Virus record (IMG/VR): IMGVR_UViG_3300009037_000003
Span: 32,001 to 96,000 of that record
Reading direction: 5' to 3' (one strand)
Origin: a virus
Taxonomy: Duplodnaviria > Caudoviricetes
DNA: 64,000 nt
The notes beneath the pieces were generated by a model. It made no database searches, was not told the DNA's origin, and saw only the letters and a list, made by a program, of their open reading frames with translations. This document shows positions 7,970-17,765 of the stretch, in pieces. Position numbers and translations under genes: made by a program. How positions within the stretch are numbered: position 1 is the stretch's first letter; each line of letters begins with the position of its first letter.

Positions 7970-8785
7970 ATGACTTTTATCACGGATCCACAAATTAAGT
8001 TGATAGGCAAGCCTGTTCTTAACATCGAGGGAATAGTTGCGTTCATGGATGACCACGGGTATTGGTGGCCTGAACTAGAAAGAGATCTTGATGGATTTGC
8101 TAGTCTAGCAGATAAGGATGCCGAATGGATCGTAGAAACTGGTGGACGCAATTGCTATCAGTCATGGGCCAAGGCAGGAGAACCCCCTAAGGGTAGATCT
8201 CATGATGATCACATTAAGCACTTGATAGATAGTGGACATCATTCATGTTTAGAACATGCAAACCTAACATTCATGATTTGGAACGTAAGTCGTTCGTTAT
8301 CTCACGAACTTGTGAGGCACAGGTTGGCGTCGTATTCACAGCTATCACAGCGTTACGTTGATTCGTCGGATGTCAATTTTATTGTTCCACAATCGATACA
8401 GCAACTCGGCGAAGATCATCCACTGTACACAGAATGGAAACGGCATTGCGAACAATCGGTTGAGTTGTATGAGAAGTTAACTAGTGAGTTGTCAGAATTA
8501 TATCGCGATGTGCCAGATAAGACGGAGCGTCGAAAGTTGGCAAGACAAGCGTCCAGAAGTGTTCTGCCGAATGCTACTGAAACAAAAATTATGATCACGA
8601 TGAACATCAGATCAATCCGTCATTTCATCAAATTACGAGCGAGTAGGGCGGCGGATCTAGAAATTCGTAGACTTGCTGTCAAAATGTATCATTTGCTTGA
8701 GAACGCTTATCCTGTTTTTACGTACGGAATGTATTTGAAAAAGGAGAATGATGGCACAGAAACTGTGGAATTTGTCGACTCTTAG
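7970..8785 (+). CDS. thyX: flavin-dependent thymidylate synthase
   Basis: GHHSCLEH, SRSLSHELVRHRLASYSQLSQRY signature, RSVLPNATET, EIRRLA. Confidence 0.95.
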   Translation: MTFITDPQIKLIGKPVLNIEGIVAFMDDHGYWWPELERDLDGFASLADKDAEWIVETGGRNCYQSWAKAGEPPKGRSHDDHIKHLIDSGHHSCLEHANLTFMIWNVSRSLSHELVRHRLASYSQLSQRYVDSSDVNFIVPQSIQQLGEDHPLYTEWKRHCEQSVELYEKLTSELSELYRDVPDKTERRKLARQASRSVLPNATETKIMITMNIRSIRHFIKLRASRAADLEIRRLAVKMYHLLENAYPVFTYGMYLKKENDGTETVEFVDS

Positions 8786-8828
8786 TACGTACAACAAGAC
8801 GTAGGCACAGGTATTTAAAGGGGTCAAA

Positions 8829-9488
8829 ATGACTGAACCTAAATTGAGTTGTGAATGCGGCAATGAGCAAGAAACAGATTCGGCTACGGCTTATGAGACA
8901 CTTGACTCTGCGGTAGAAAAGTATTTGTATCGTACACGCAAAATAGTGATGACAGGGGAAATCGACGACGTAATGGCCGCAGGAGTTTGTAACGCTCTTC
9001 AGTATTATAATTGTAAATCCAGCATTAGACCGGTTTTTATGTACATAAATAGTCCTGGCGGCAGTATGAGCGCAGGATTTTCAATTATTGACCAAATGGA
9101 ATGCATCGATTGTCCGGTATGTACAATTGTTCGCGGCGAAGCTTTCTCTATGGCAGCACTTATCACTGCTTTTGGTACGCCAGGATTGCGATTTGCTATG
9201 CCTAGCGCGTCTTTAATGATACATTCGGTATCGTTGATAGAATCTGGTAACAGTGCGGAGTGTATCGAGAAGCACATGCTCATGGTGCGGTATCTTGAGA
9301 CAGAATATCGTACGAAAGTTAAGGAATTAGCGAAACGACTTTCTAAGGCACTCGCACAAAAGATAAATCCAAAAGAGTTAGAAAAAATGATGGCAGAGAA
9401 TCTGTGGATGAATCCGAAAAAGGCTATAAGTATCGGTCTGATTGATGGAATTTGGACAAAGGAGTTTGATGGAGCTACGAATCTATAA
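8829..9488 (+). CDS. clpP: ClpP-family serine protease subunit
   Basis: YINSPGGS, AFSMAA (Ser), LMIH (His), LWMNPKKAISIGLIDGI. Confidence 0.9.
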   Translation: MTEPKLSCECGNEQETDSATAYETLDSAVEKYLYRTRKIVMTGEIDDVMAAGVCNALQYYNCKSSIRPVFMYINSPGGSMSAGFSIIDQMECIDCPVCTIVRGEAFSMAALITAFGTPGLRFAMPSASLMIHSVSLIESGNSAECIEKHMLMVRYLETEYRTKVKELAKRLSKALAQKINPKELEKMMAENLWMNPKKAISIGLIDGIWTKEFDGATNL

Positions 9489-9991
9489 TGAAACCGATCA
9501 GACGAGTAACGAAATCGTATTTTATGTATGGTGTGAAGAAATATAAGCCGTTGATTTTAATGCTGGCGTGTCGACTGAAACATCGGAGCATTGATACGGA
9601 TGAAATGGTGTCGTACGGATTGCAGGAATTATTGAAGGCAATGATATGTTTTGATCAAAGCCTAGGATGCTCTTTTACGACATTTCTCTATAACAGGCTA
9701 TTCTATACTTATCAGCACCTACTTCAAGCAGAGGCAAGACACAGAAGAATGATGACCGGTACAGACTTATCGGGGTATCGCGACAACAAAACCGACAGTT
9801 TCGGCGATACTAGCGATATCGAGGCTATGTTGTCATCGCTTACAGATGACGAGAGATATGTAGTTAAAAAGATCTTCTTGGACGGCAGTACACTCGCTTC
9901 TGCGGCTGCAGAAATCGGTACGTCTATTACTACGGCCTATCGGAAGAAAGAATACGCAATTGAAAAGTTGGCTGAGAGATACAATCGATGA
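9488..9991 (+). CDS. sigma-70 family RNA polymerase sigma factor
   Basis: Region 2 (DEMVSYGLQELLKAMICFD...SFTTFLY) and region 4 HTH (LTDDERYVV...TLASAAAEIGTSITTAYR). Confidence 0.85.
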   Translation: MKPIRRVTKSYFMYGVKKYKPLILMLACRLKHRSIDTDEMVSYGLQELLKAMICFDQSLGCSFTTFLYNRLFYTYQHLLQAEARHRRMMTGTDLSGYRDNKTDSFGDTSDIEAMLSSLTDDERYVVKKIFLDGSTLASAAAEIGTSITTAYRKKEYAIEKLAERYNR

Positions 9992-10206
9992 ATAACGAAA
10001 GATGTGCTTGTGGTGGTGCATGCTGTGGAGACTGTAGGGAGAACCACTTAGACGAGAACGGCAAAGTCAGTTGTTCATCCTTCTATCTCGAAACAAAGAA
10101 TAGAATCATACGCGAGAAAAATGATTGTCATGTTGATTGCAAAATTAGTCGTGTCACAAACCGCAGACTACTGAACAATCAATACAAAAAGGACCAGGGT
10201 GTATAA
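9988..10206 (+). CDS. small Cys-rich hypothetical protein
   Basis: ATGA overlap; CACGGACCGDC. Confidence 0.45.
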   Translation: MNNERCACGGACCGDCRENHLDENGKVSCSSFYLETKNRIIREKNDCHVDCKISRVTNRRLLNNQYKKDQGV

Positions 10207-10207
10207 T
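10198..10207 (+). promoter_or_regulatory. putative GTGTATAAT-class promoter
   Basis: GGTGTATAAT ahead of AAGGAG RBS; same motif at 50155 and 54178 on - strand. Confidence 0.5.
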
Positions 10208-10231
10208 CCTCAACAAAGAAGGAGATGCTGT

Positions 10232-10675
10232 ATGAGAAAAATGATGATGATATGTTTTCTGTCATTAATTCCCGTCTTTGGATGTCAAACTGGCGGAGGT
10301 GGCGGCGGAAGCAATCCAATTCCATGGACTCAAGATGTTGATCGAATGAAGACAGATATTAAGTTTCTTGCCAAGATGTCCACAAGAATCATGCTGGCGA
10401 ATATGTCGGTTACAGCGACAGATGTTGAACAGATAAAACTATATCTTTTGACAGCTAAGGATGTCCTTGCTACGTCGCCACCCGTTTTCGATAATGCTAG
10501 AAAATTGGTACCAGCACTCCCTCAGCGATATCAAGTATACGGTTATGGCATCATTGATGTCGTTGAGAGATACGTCGAAGCAACAAAGCTCACCAACGAT
10601 ACAGTAATCGCAGAAATCATAGAAGCAGGACTAGAAGGCGCTCTTGAGGCAGTGCAAGAATTGGAGTTATCATGA
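10232..10675 (+). CDS. predicted lipoprotein
   Basis: MRKMMMICFLSLIPVFG-C lipobox followed by a Gly linker. Confidence 0.7.
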   Translation: MRKMMMICFLSLIPVFGCQTGGGGGGSNPIPWTQDVDRMKTDIKFLAKMSTRIMLANMSVTATDVEQIKLYLLTAKDVLATSPPVFDNARKLVPALPQRYQVYGYGIIDVVERYVEATKLTNDTVIAEIIEAGLEGALEAVQELELS

Positions 10676-11487
10676 AAAAAATAGTTGCAATTACATTAGT
10701 TTTTGGTGCCGGACTCATAATGGCTATTGCTTATATTTCTCATGGGCGAAGAACAGAAGTATTGCCAGTTGTCCAATTAACAGAAACGGAAATCAAATAC
10801 AAGGAAATGTTAAGAACTTGTCTGCTGGTAGACACAATAAATAGTTTGGGGTCGGGCATCATTATAGATAAGACTGAGTGCTCGCCAGGTGTTTTCAGAT
10901 ACTACGCTTTGACGAATGCCCATGTCACTGAGTGTAGATTTGTCGAATCTCTCACCAATGTAGACGGATTAACCGGTAAAGTATCGACAAAAACTATGGA
11001 TACAGGATGCACCGTGGTTAGTTATCACACTATCCCTCCAGAAAAGTACAAGGCAGCAGTAATAGGTGAAGATGTCGACAATGATCTTGCCCTGCTCTTA
11101 TTCGAAACTGCGTCGGATTTGCCAGTGGCTATGATTGCTACCGATGAAATATTGGACGATATCAGGGTATTTGACGATGTTTTTGCTATCGGTTGCCAAT
11201 TAGGCGAATCACCATCTCCTAGCAGTGGAATCGTTTCTAGAATTATTAACACAGATTCTGGTGAAAACTTTCTCCAGTTTTACGGAAGCACTGCGCCGAT
11301 CGCCCCAGGCAGTAGCGGCGGCGGATTGTTCAAGTACGTTTCTGGTCATTACTACTTGATAGGCGTACCATTTAGTGTGTCACTAGCGAGGAATGGTCAA
11401 CTAATGACCCATTTGACTTTCGCGATCCCCATGTCCACAGCAAAACGATTCATCGACCAATGTATTGGGAATCGGCAATGCAATTAG
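10672..11487 (+). CDS. membrane-anchored trypsin-like (S1) serine protease
   Basis: N-terminal TM; GSGII, TNAHV (His), DLALL (Asp), PGSSGGG (Ser). Confidence 0.9.
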   Translation: MKKIVAITLVFGAGLIMAIAYISHGRRTEVLPVVQLTETEIKYKEMLRTCLLVDTINSLGSGIIIDKTECSPGVFRYYALTNAHVTECRFVESLTNVDGLTGKVSTKTMDTGCTVVSYHTIPPEKYKAAVIGEDVDNDLALLLFETASDLPVAMIATDEILDDIRVFDDVFAIGCQLGESPSPSSGIVSRIINTDSGENFLQFYGSTAPIAPGSSGGGLFKYVSGHYYLIGVPFSVSLARNGQLMTHLTFAIPMSTAKRFIDQCIGNRQCN

Positions 11488-12080
11488 AATTGGTTGAAAA
11501 GGCTGTGCAGCAGGAGTATCCGGGCAGTTATCTGCGTAAGATGAATTTTCAATTTGAAGAATTCAGTGCTTGTAAAACAGTGATTCAGCGGAACGGGTTA
11601 TCGGTCTGTGACCATACATTTAGCGTATTAGATCGCTTGCATCGCAAAAACATGACGACTATGCTATCCGGTATATTTCACGATCTAGGGAAAAGGCATA
11701 GCATATTTTCTGATGCGGATAGCAGAACTAAGTCGGTATTTTGCGATCATCAAAATATTTCTGTTACTATTGCAGTAAAAGTACTATCTCGATTAATCGA
11801 CGTAAACATATTAGATAGTGTTGTTAGAATTATTGCTACGCATATGTATGATATCTTTAATCTAACTACCAGAGGAGTACGGAGCTTTGTCGGCTTAGTA
11901 GGAGTTCAAAATATCGACGATTGGTTTTCATTAAGATATGCGGATACTGATTATCCAAGCGAACGGCACACCAACAAAATAAATACGTTTCGCGGACTAG
12001 TCGATGCTTTTTTGAAAACAATACCCTATGACACTCATGCAAAGTTAGATGATGGTCCACCCAAGATATTCCTTAACTAA
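11478..12080 (+). CDS. HD-domain phosphohydrolase, like the HD domain of CCA-adding enzymes
   Basis: DHTFSVL, IFHDLGK, DHQNIS, IATHM, YAD. Confidence 0.75.
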   Translation: MQLELVEKAVQQEYPGSYLRKMNFQFEEFSACKTVIQRNGLSVCDHTFSVLDRLHRKNMTTMLSGIFHDLGKRHSIFSDADSRTKSVFCDHQNISVTIAVKVLSRLIDVNILDSVVRIIATHMYDIFNLTTRGVRSFVGLVGVQNIDDWFSLRYADTDYPSERHTNKINTFRGLVDAFLKTIPYDTHAKLDDGPPKIFLN

Positions 12081-12093
12081 CGGAGAAGTTTAA

Positions 12094-14694
12094 ATGTTAT
12101 ATGAACCAACCGGATTCGCAGGACAAATTTTCAAGGATAGGTATGCGATTCATCCGGACGAGACATTTCAAGAGGCGTGCGAACGAGTAGCAAAATTTGC
12201 TGCGAGCGCAGAAGATGGCGATAAGATAAAGCCTTTTGAAAACCGTTTCATGGAAATCTTGTCACATAATCGTGGATCTGTCGGCGGACGAATCTGGAGA
12301 AACGCTGGTCGCAAGAAAGGTGCGTGCGCAAATTGTTATGTGGTACCAGTGGAGGACTCCAGAGAGGGGTGGGGTCAGCTTCTTAAGGAAGTCACAATTA
12401 TTAGCGGCATTGGTGGCGGAGTAGGTATCAGTTTTGACAACATTCGCCCACGCGGGTCGGAGATAAAAGGTATAGGCGGTATTGCGACAGGTGCAGTTTC
12501 CTTAATGAAAATTGTCAACGGTGTCTGCAATGAATTACGAAGCGGTGGATCAAGACGATCAGCACTACTGTTTGGTTTATCGTACTGGCATCCAGATATC
12601 GAAGAATTTCTTGATGTTAAGCTAGACAAGAAAGAACTAAATAATGCTAATGTTAGTGTCATGGTTGATGATAAATTCTTCGACCTAGTCGAGACCGACG
12701 GCGATATCGAGTTAGTGTTTCAAGGTAAAACACACAAAAAAATCAAGGCTAGGTGGCTATATGACAGGGTAACATCGAACGCATTGAAGTCTGGCGATCC
12801 TGGATTCTTAAATTTAGGTTACGCCAACAAGATGAACAATCTATACTATTGTCGTCCGATGTCTTGCTCGAATCCATCCATGCCAAGCGGAACACTTGTA
12901 CTGACAAGGGACGGAATTATTCCAATACAACAGTTGGAAAATCAAACGTTTTATATCCGAGATATCAACAATAAGTGGGTAGAATCGCGATGTTTTCTTT
13001 CGGGAAATAACGAGGAGGTTTTTGAACTAGATTTTGGTGGCGGAAAAAAGATTTACGCAACCAAAGAGCATGATTGGCCAATTTTGGATTCTTACGGTAG
13101 AATTCATAAAATAAAAACGAAAGATTTGCGGCCGAAGGACAGGGTTTTGGCACATCACAATAATCAGCTAGATCTACATGGAGATAATTCGCTAACAGAA
13201 GACGAAGGGTTTTTTGTTGGAACAATAACGGCAGGCGTCGGAACAGTTGATAGCCAGGAGCAAATTGAGAAATACGGATTTGATTCCGATCAAAACCATA
13301 TACCATCTTGTATTTGGCGATCCAACGACGAATTTATCAAAGGATTTATCGACGGAATATTTTCCGCGTGCGGATCTGTAGATACTGTCAAAAAAAGTCT
13401 GACGCTAACTCAGCTTAGCAATACCCTTTTGCAGGAAATCAGTCAATTGCTATCGTTTTATGGGATTTATGGAATTCATTCTGAACAAGACAGCACCTAC
13501 TGCACTTATCGTATCAGAGAATTCCGAAATATTTTTAATCTTTCTAATGCGATTAAGCAAAACAAGATAAATACGATAACATCTTATCATGCTTGTCATT
13601 CATTAAACGGTTTGCAATATCTCTGTCTCAAAAGCATTACTTATCACTCCCGACAAGACGTATGGGATATTTCGGTATACGACGATAACCACATATTTCC
13701 GGTCGCTTATACCTACACAGGTAATTGTGCCGAGCAATTATTAGCGCCATATTCGGTATGTTGCCTCGGGTCTGTTATCTTAAGCAGTCATGTTACAGAC
13801 AAAGGAGATATAGACCTAGATCTATTAGGCGAGACAGTACTGCTTATGGTTCGGCTATTGGACAATGTAATCGACATGACAGAATACCCATTTCCGGCTA
13901 TCAAGGAGTGGTCACAAAAGGAACGGCGAATTGGTCTCGGAGTAGCTGGTCTACATGACATGCTCCTAAAGATGGGAATTAAGTACAGCTCAGACGAAGC
14001 TATCGCGATTATCGATAAAGTTATGAATTTCGTTAAGAAAAAAGCATACGAAGCCAGTATATTCCTAGCAGTAGAAAAGGGACAGTTCCCATTGCTAGAT
14101 AGAGGTCAATTCGTCAAGAGCGGATTCTGTCAAACTTTGACACAATCTATTAGAGCAAAAATATTGGAGTATGGTATAAGAAATAGTTTTCTGCTTACTC
14201 TGCCACCGACGGGAACGACGAGCATCGTTGCAAACTGTAGCTCTGGGATCGAACCAATGTTTGCTCCGATATATAGAAGGACGTTTAACAGGCATACTGT
14301 TTCCGACAATGAGGTAAAAGAAACCGCTTCCGAGATTGTTATCCACCCACTGCTTCTAGAATTTGTTAGAGCCGGGAAAAATTACGACCATTTTGAAGGT
14401 GCGCATGAGATATCTCCGGAGCAACATTGCCGTGTTCAGCTAGCGTGTCAAAAGCATATATGCAGTGGAGTTTCGAAAACTATAAACTTACCGGAAAATG
14501 CGACCCAAGAATGTCTATCCGATATCATCTTAAAATACATGCGATCGCTTAAGGGCATGACAGTTTTTCGGCACAACTCGAAAGGTACCAGCCCCCTTGA
14601 GCCAATACCAATATCTGACATCAAGGAGTACCTAGAAGGTATCGCTTCAGAGATAACGTCGAACGAGTGCCCAAACGGTATTTGTGAGTTGTAA
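12094..14694 (+). CDS. nrdJ: class II (B12-dependent) ribonucleotide reductase with intein
   Basis: NCYV, GGGVG, RRSA, HPDIEEF, SNP|intein|CAEQ, CCLGS, RRIGLG, PTGTTS, SSGIEP, VSKTINLP, C-terminal CPNGIC. Confidence 0.93.
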   Translation: MLYEPTGFAGQIFKDRYAIHPDETFQEACERVAKFAASAEDGDKIKPFENRFMEILSHNRGSVGGRIWRNAGRKKGACANCYVVPVEDSREGWGQLLKEVTIISGIGGGVGISFDNIRPRGSEIKGIGGIATGAVSLMKIVNGVCNELRSGGSRRSALLFGLSYWHPDIEEFLDVKLDKKELNNANVSVMVDDKFFDLVETDGDIELVFQGKTHKKIKARWLYDRVTSNALKSGDPGFLNLGYANKMNNLYYCRPMSCSNPSMPSGTLVLTRDGIIPIQQLENQTFYIRDINNKWVESRCFLSGNNEEVFELDFGGGKKIYATKEHDWPILDSYGRIHKIKTKDLRPKDRVLAHHNNQLDLHGDNSLTEDEGFFVGTITAGVGTVDSQEQIEKYGFDSDQNHIPSCIWRSNDEFIKGFIDGIFSACGSVDTVKKSLTLTQLSNTLLQEISQLLSFYGIYGIHSEQDSTYCTYRIREFRNIFNLSNAIKQNKINTITSYHACHSLNGLQYLCLKSITYHSRQDVWDISVYDDNHIFPVAYTYTGNCAEQLLAPYSVCCLGSVILSSHVTDKGDIDLDLLGETVLLMVRLLDNVIDMTEYPFPAIKEWSQKERRIGLGVAGLHDMLLKMGIKYSSDEAIAIIDKVMNFVKKKAYEASIFLAVEKGQFPLLDRGQFVKSGFCQTLTQSIRAKILEYGIRNSFLLTLPPTGTTSIVANCSSGIEPMFAPIYRRTFNRHTVSDNEVKETASEIVIHPLLLEFVRAGKNYDHFEGAHEISPEQHCRVQLACQKHICSGVSKTINLPENATQECLSDIILKYMRSLKGMTVFRHNSKGTSPLEPIPISDIKEYLEGIASEITSNECPNGICEL
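12877..13725 (+). mobile_element. intein (283 aa) with degenerate LAGLIDADG domain in NrdJ
   Basis: Starts SMPSGTLV after NP; block B ATKEHDW; ends VWDISV...YTGN before the catalytic Cys. Confidence 0.88.
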
Positions 14695-14704
14695 AAGGGA
14701 GAAT

Positions 14705-15895
14705 ATGGATAAGGAACAATCTAGAAAATTGCAGCAAGCTATCGATGCTGTTAACGATTATGGCACGATTACGAAAGCTGCTAAGAAGTTAGGTATACCT
14801 AGAAAAACACTGAGCTCCAGGTATAACAAAGCGATAGACCAGGGTTACTGCGCAGGCGTTCCGGTTGTAGATACGGGCAAGAAGATAGCTTTCGACGCCA
14901 AGCTCAAATCAATAACGAAGGAAAAAAGAGAACTACAACAAAAATACGATTCGCTTCTAAAAACGTTAGAGGAAACGGCTGGAACAAAAAACATTATCTC
15001 TGATATGCAGCAGCAAATTGCTTTAGCCGATCCAGAGAGAGTCAGAATAACGATGGATCGACCGAGCAGTGGTCGTAGCGAATCTGTTGCTGTAATGCTT
15101 TGTTCCGATTTGCACTACGAAGAAAGAATCGTTCCCGCAACCGTAAATGGTCTAAACGAGTACAACACATCCATTGCAGAAACTAGATTCTTTAACGTGT
15201 TTAAGAACGGACTAAAGCTTGTAGAAATGACGAGGCATTCGTCTGATATCAAAACACTGATACTTTGGCTCGGAGGCGACCTGATTTCGGGCTATATCCA
15301 CGAAGAGCTAAAAGAAACAAACGCCATGTCACCAGTAGAGGCATCTTTGTCGGTATATCGTCTGTGCGAATCGGCAATAGATTTCCTCGCAGAAAACGGT
15401 GGTTTCGAGCAGATCGTAGTAGTGTGTTCCGTTGGCAATCACGGCAGGACAACTGATAAAACTAGATTTTCAACATGTGTTGAAAACTCATTCGAGTGGC
15501 TCATCTATAATTTCCTTGCCTCGAAATATGCCGATTCAAAAATTGTCAGATTCAACCTTTCTCGTAGCTATCTGAACTACATGAACATCTATAAGTGGGT
15601 TGTTCGTTTCCATCATGGCAACTATGTGCGATATAGTGGAGGTGTTGGCGGTATTACAATTCCGTTGAACAAAGCTATTGCCCATTGGAATCAATCTAAA
15701 CATGCAGATCTCGATGTATTCGGCCACTGGCATCAGCGAATGTCTGGCAAAAATTACGTATGTAACGGGTCAATAATTGGATACGGCCCGTACGCTCTGG
15801 CAATCAAAGCTCCATTCGAGGTACCGCAACAGTCATTTTTCTTGATCAACTCGGGAAAAGGGAAAACTGTAGAAGCGCCGATTTTTGTGGAATAA
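14705..15895 (+). CDS. HTH plus calcineurin-like metallophosphoesterase
   Basis: N-terminal HTH (TITKAAKKLGIPRKTL), coiled coil, SDLH, GGD, GNHG, HHG, GHWH. Confidence 0.85.
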   Translation: MDKEQSRKLQQAIDAVNDYGTITKAAKKLGIPRKTLSSRYNKAIDQGYCAGVPVVDTGKKIAFDAKLKSITKEKRELQQKYDSLLKTLEETAGTKNIISDMQQQIALADPERVRITMDRPSSGRSESVAVMLCSDLHYEERIVPATVNGLNEYNTSIAETRFFNVFKNGLKLVEMTRHSSDIKTLILWLGGDLISGYIHEELKETNAMSPVEASLSVYRLCESAIDFLAENGGFEQIVVVCSVGNHGRTTDKTRFSTCVENSFEWLIYNFLASKYADSKIVRFNLSRSYLNYMNIYKWVVRFHHGNYVRYSGGVGGITIPLNKAIAHWNQSKHADLDVFGHWHQRMSGKNYVCNGSIIGYGPYALAIKAPFEVPQQSFFLINSGKGKTVEAPIFVE

Positions 15896-15898
15896 AAA

Positions 15899-16828
15899 AT
15901 GAGTAAATTAGAAATATCATTTGCTTGGTCAGACAGTCGCTTGAAAACATTCAGGGAATGCAAGTACAAGTACTATCTCCAATATTTTTTGGCGTGGGAA
16001 GGTTGGCTAGTATCGGCGCCGGAAGATAAACGAAAAGCATATATGTTGAAGAACTTAACTAATATGCCGATGTTCATAGGATCTACGGTCCACGATGTTA
16101 TAGAGCAAATTATAAAGAAAGGCAGAGCCACAGGGGATTGGGGCAATCAAGAATCGGCTAAGGAGGCAGTTCTTGCAGCTCTAAGAAGGGGATGGAAACA
16201 ATCTGTAGATAAAGAATGGGAAAATAAGGTAAAGGGTGTCGTTAACTTAGCCGAACATTACTACAACGAGAAGATAGACAAAGAAAAACTCGCAGGACAG
16301 AAACAGAAGGCTTTAGACTGCATCGATGCTTTCTACGCATGTTCATTGTTCCCAGTGCTCAGTGGATTAAAGCCCGAGGATTGGCTCTCACTAGAGGAAT
16401 TCCAAAAGTTTCAATTATCCGGAGGCGAGGAAGTTACCGTAAAAATAGACTGCGGTTTCAGACACAACGGGGAAGTCACTCTTTGCGATTGGAAAACCGG
16501 AAAGATAAACGATGACGTAATAGAACAGCTCGTGACATACGCCATGTATGCCATAAAGCAAAAGTGGACAGATAGTTGCCAGAATATCTCAATCGTACCA
16601 GTATACTTGGCTCAATTTGCAACGACTGGAGAAAAAGCGATTCCGAGATTGAAGGTAACTATGCCGATGATTAAGAAGCAAGCTGGTATCATCGTCAGTG
16701 AATATCCGCTACTCAAGCAAGCTCATGATAATCGTGACAATCCGGAATTTTTCCCAAAAACAGATAACGATAGAGTCTGCGCGCGATGTACCTTCCGAGG
16801 GCTTTGTCTTGGAGAGAAATCGCCATGA
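15899..16828 (+). CDS. PD-(D/E)XK nuclease, Cas4/RecB-like
   Basis: SDSRLKTFREC, GSTVH, KIDC, DWKTG, QLVTY, CARC...C Fe-S motif. Confidence 0.85.
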   Translation: MSKLEISFAWSDSRLKTFRECKYKYYLQYFLAWEGWLVSAPEDKRKAYMLKNLTNMPMFIGSTVHDVIEQIIKKGRATGDWGNQESAKEAVLAALRRGWKQSVDKEWENKVKGVVNLAEHYYNEKIDKEKLAGQKQKALDCIDAFYACSLFPVLSGLKPEDWLSLEEFQKFQLSGGEEVTVKIDCGFRHNGEVTLCDWKTGKINDDVIEQLVTYAMYAIKQKWTDSCQNISIVPVYLAQFATTGEKAIPRLKVTMPMIKKQAGIIVSEYPLLKQAHDNRDNPEFFPKTDNDRVCARCTFRGLCLGEKSP

Positions 16829-17262
16829 CGGAGGAGATTATCCTTTACTTCGATGGTGGATCCAGAAAAGGAATCATGGCAGTCGGCTGGATTATCCTAG
16901 ACGCAAGCGAACCGTCTCGTATCCTTGCTTCCGGAAACAAAACATGTGGACGGGGCACTTCAAACATAGCCGAATATAGAGCGCTGATCTCTGGTTTGTA
17001 TGGGGCACAATCTATCCGTAATGTTAGACACATAAACATCTTCGGAGATAGTCAGTTAGTAGTCAAACAAGTCAATGGAATCTTTAGGATAAATAGTCCA
17101 CTGCTACAGTCACATTGTGATAAAGCAAGAGAATTACTGAGTCGCTTTAATTCATATACTCTCGAATGGATACCGCGTCGTCATAACAAAATGGCAGATG
17201 GGTTAGTTAATCAGGTGTTTGAAAGAAGGAGCAACAAATGCAAATCAAAAAGGAAAAAGTAA
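16825..17262 (+). CDS. rnhA: ribonuclease HI
   Basis: YFDGGSR, SNIAEYRAL, GDSQLVVKQ, WIPRRHNKMADGL. Confidence 0.92.
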   Translation: MTEEIILYFDGGSRKGIMAVGWIILDASEPSRILASGNKTCGRGTSNIAEYRALISGLYGAQSIRNVRHINIFGDSQLVVKQVNGIFRINSPLLQSHCDKARELLSRFNSYTLEWIPRRHNKMADGLVNQVFERRSNKCKSKRKK

Positions 17263-17720
17263 CCATTCTAGCGACATTAATAGTTTTGATGTGTACAAGT
17301 TGCGTAAAAGATATTACGGGAATGCGGAATGACCTCGGCGAAATGAAAGATCTCATCGATCACAGCATGCAGGTAGTCACGGAGGAAGTCGGTACTCTTA
17401 ATAATAATCTTGCCACATTAAGCAAAACGGTTAACAATTCCGGGGTGATTAAATACTCTGGCGGCGGTTGGATAGCGATAGTCGTCGGCCTTTTTCTTCT
17501 CAGCGGTGTCCTTATGTTCAAAATAGTTGTAAACAACAAGAATGGATGGTTACTGAAGTTCTTAACTAGTGCAATCCAGAAGTCCGATAAAGACACGGTC
17601 GCTGCGGTCAAACAGCAGTTAAAAATAGAGTCGCAAACATCTCCATTTACCGAAAAGGACCGCCATAGTCTCGGCGAGTTTGCCAAGAAGGTCGGCACTT
17701 TCGCCGAAAAACGCGAATAA
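17238..17720 (+). CDS. predicted lipoprotein with internal transmembrane helix
   Basis: Lipobox-like LMCTS-C, coiled coil, TM WIAIVVGLFLLSGVLMF. Confidence 0.6.
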   Translation: MQIKKEKVTILATLIVLMCTSCVKDITGMRNDLGEMKDLIDHSMQVVTEEVGTLNNNLATLSKTVNNSGVIKYSGGGWIAIVVGLFLLSGVLMFKIVVNNKNGWLLKFLTSAIQKSDKDTVAAVKQQLKIESQTSPFTEKDRHSLGEFAKKVGTFAEKRE

Positions 17721-17734
17721 TAGACAAGTATAAT
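17706..17734 (+). promoter_or_regulatory. putative promoter gAAAAA-N17-TATAAT
   Basis: A5 17707-11, TATAAT 17729-34, upstream of RBS and ATG 17766. Confidence 0.55.
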
Positions 17735-17765
17735 ATCTTAAGACCAACTAAGGCGGAGCTGAATT

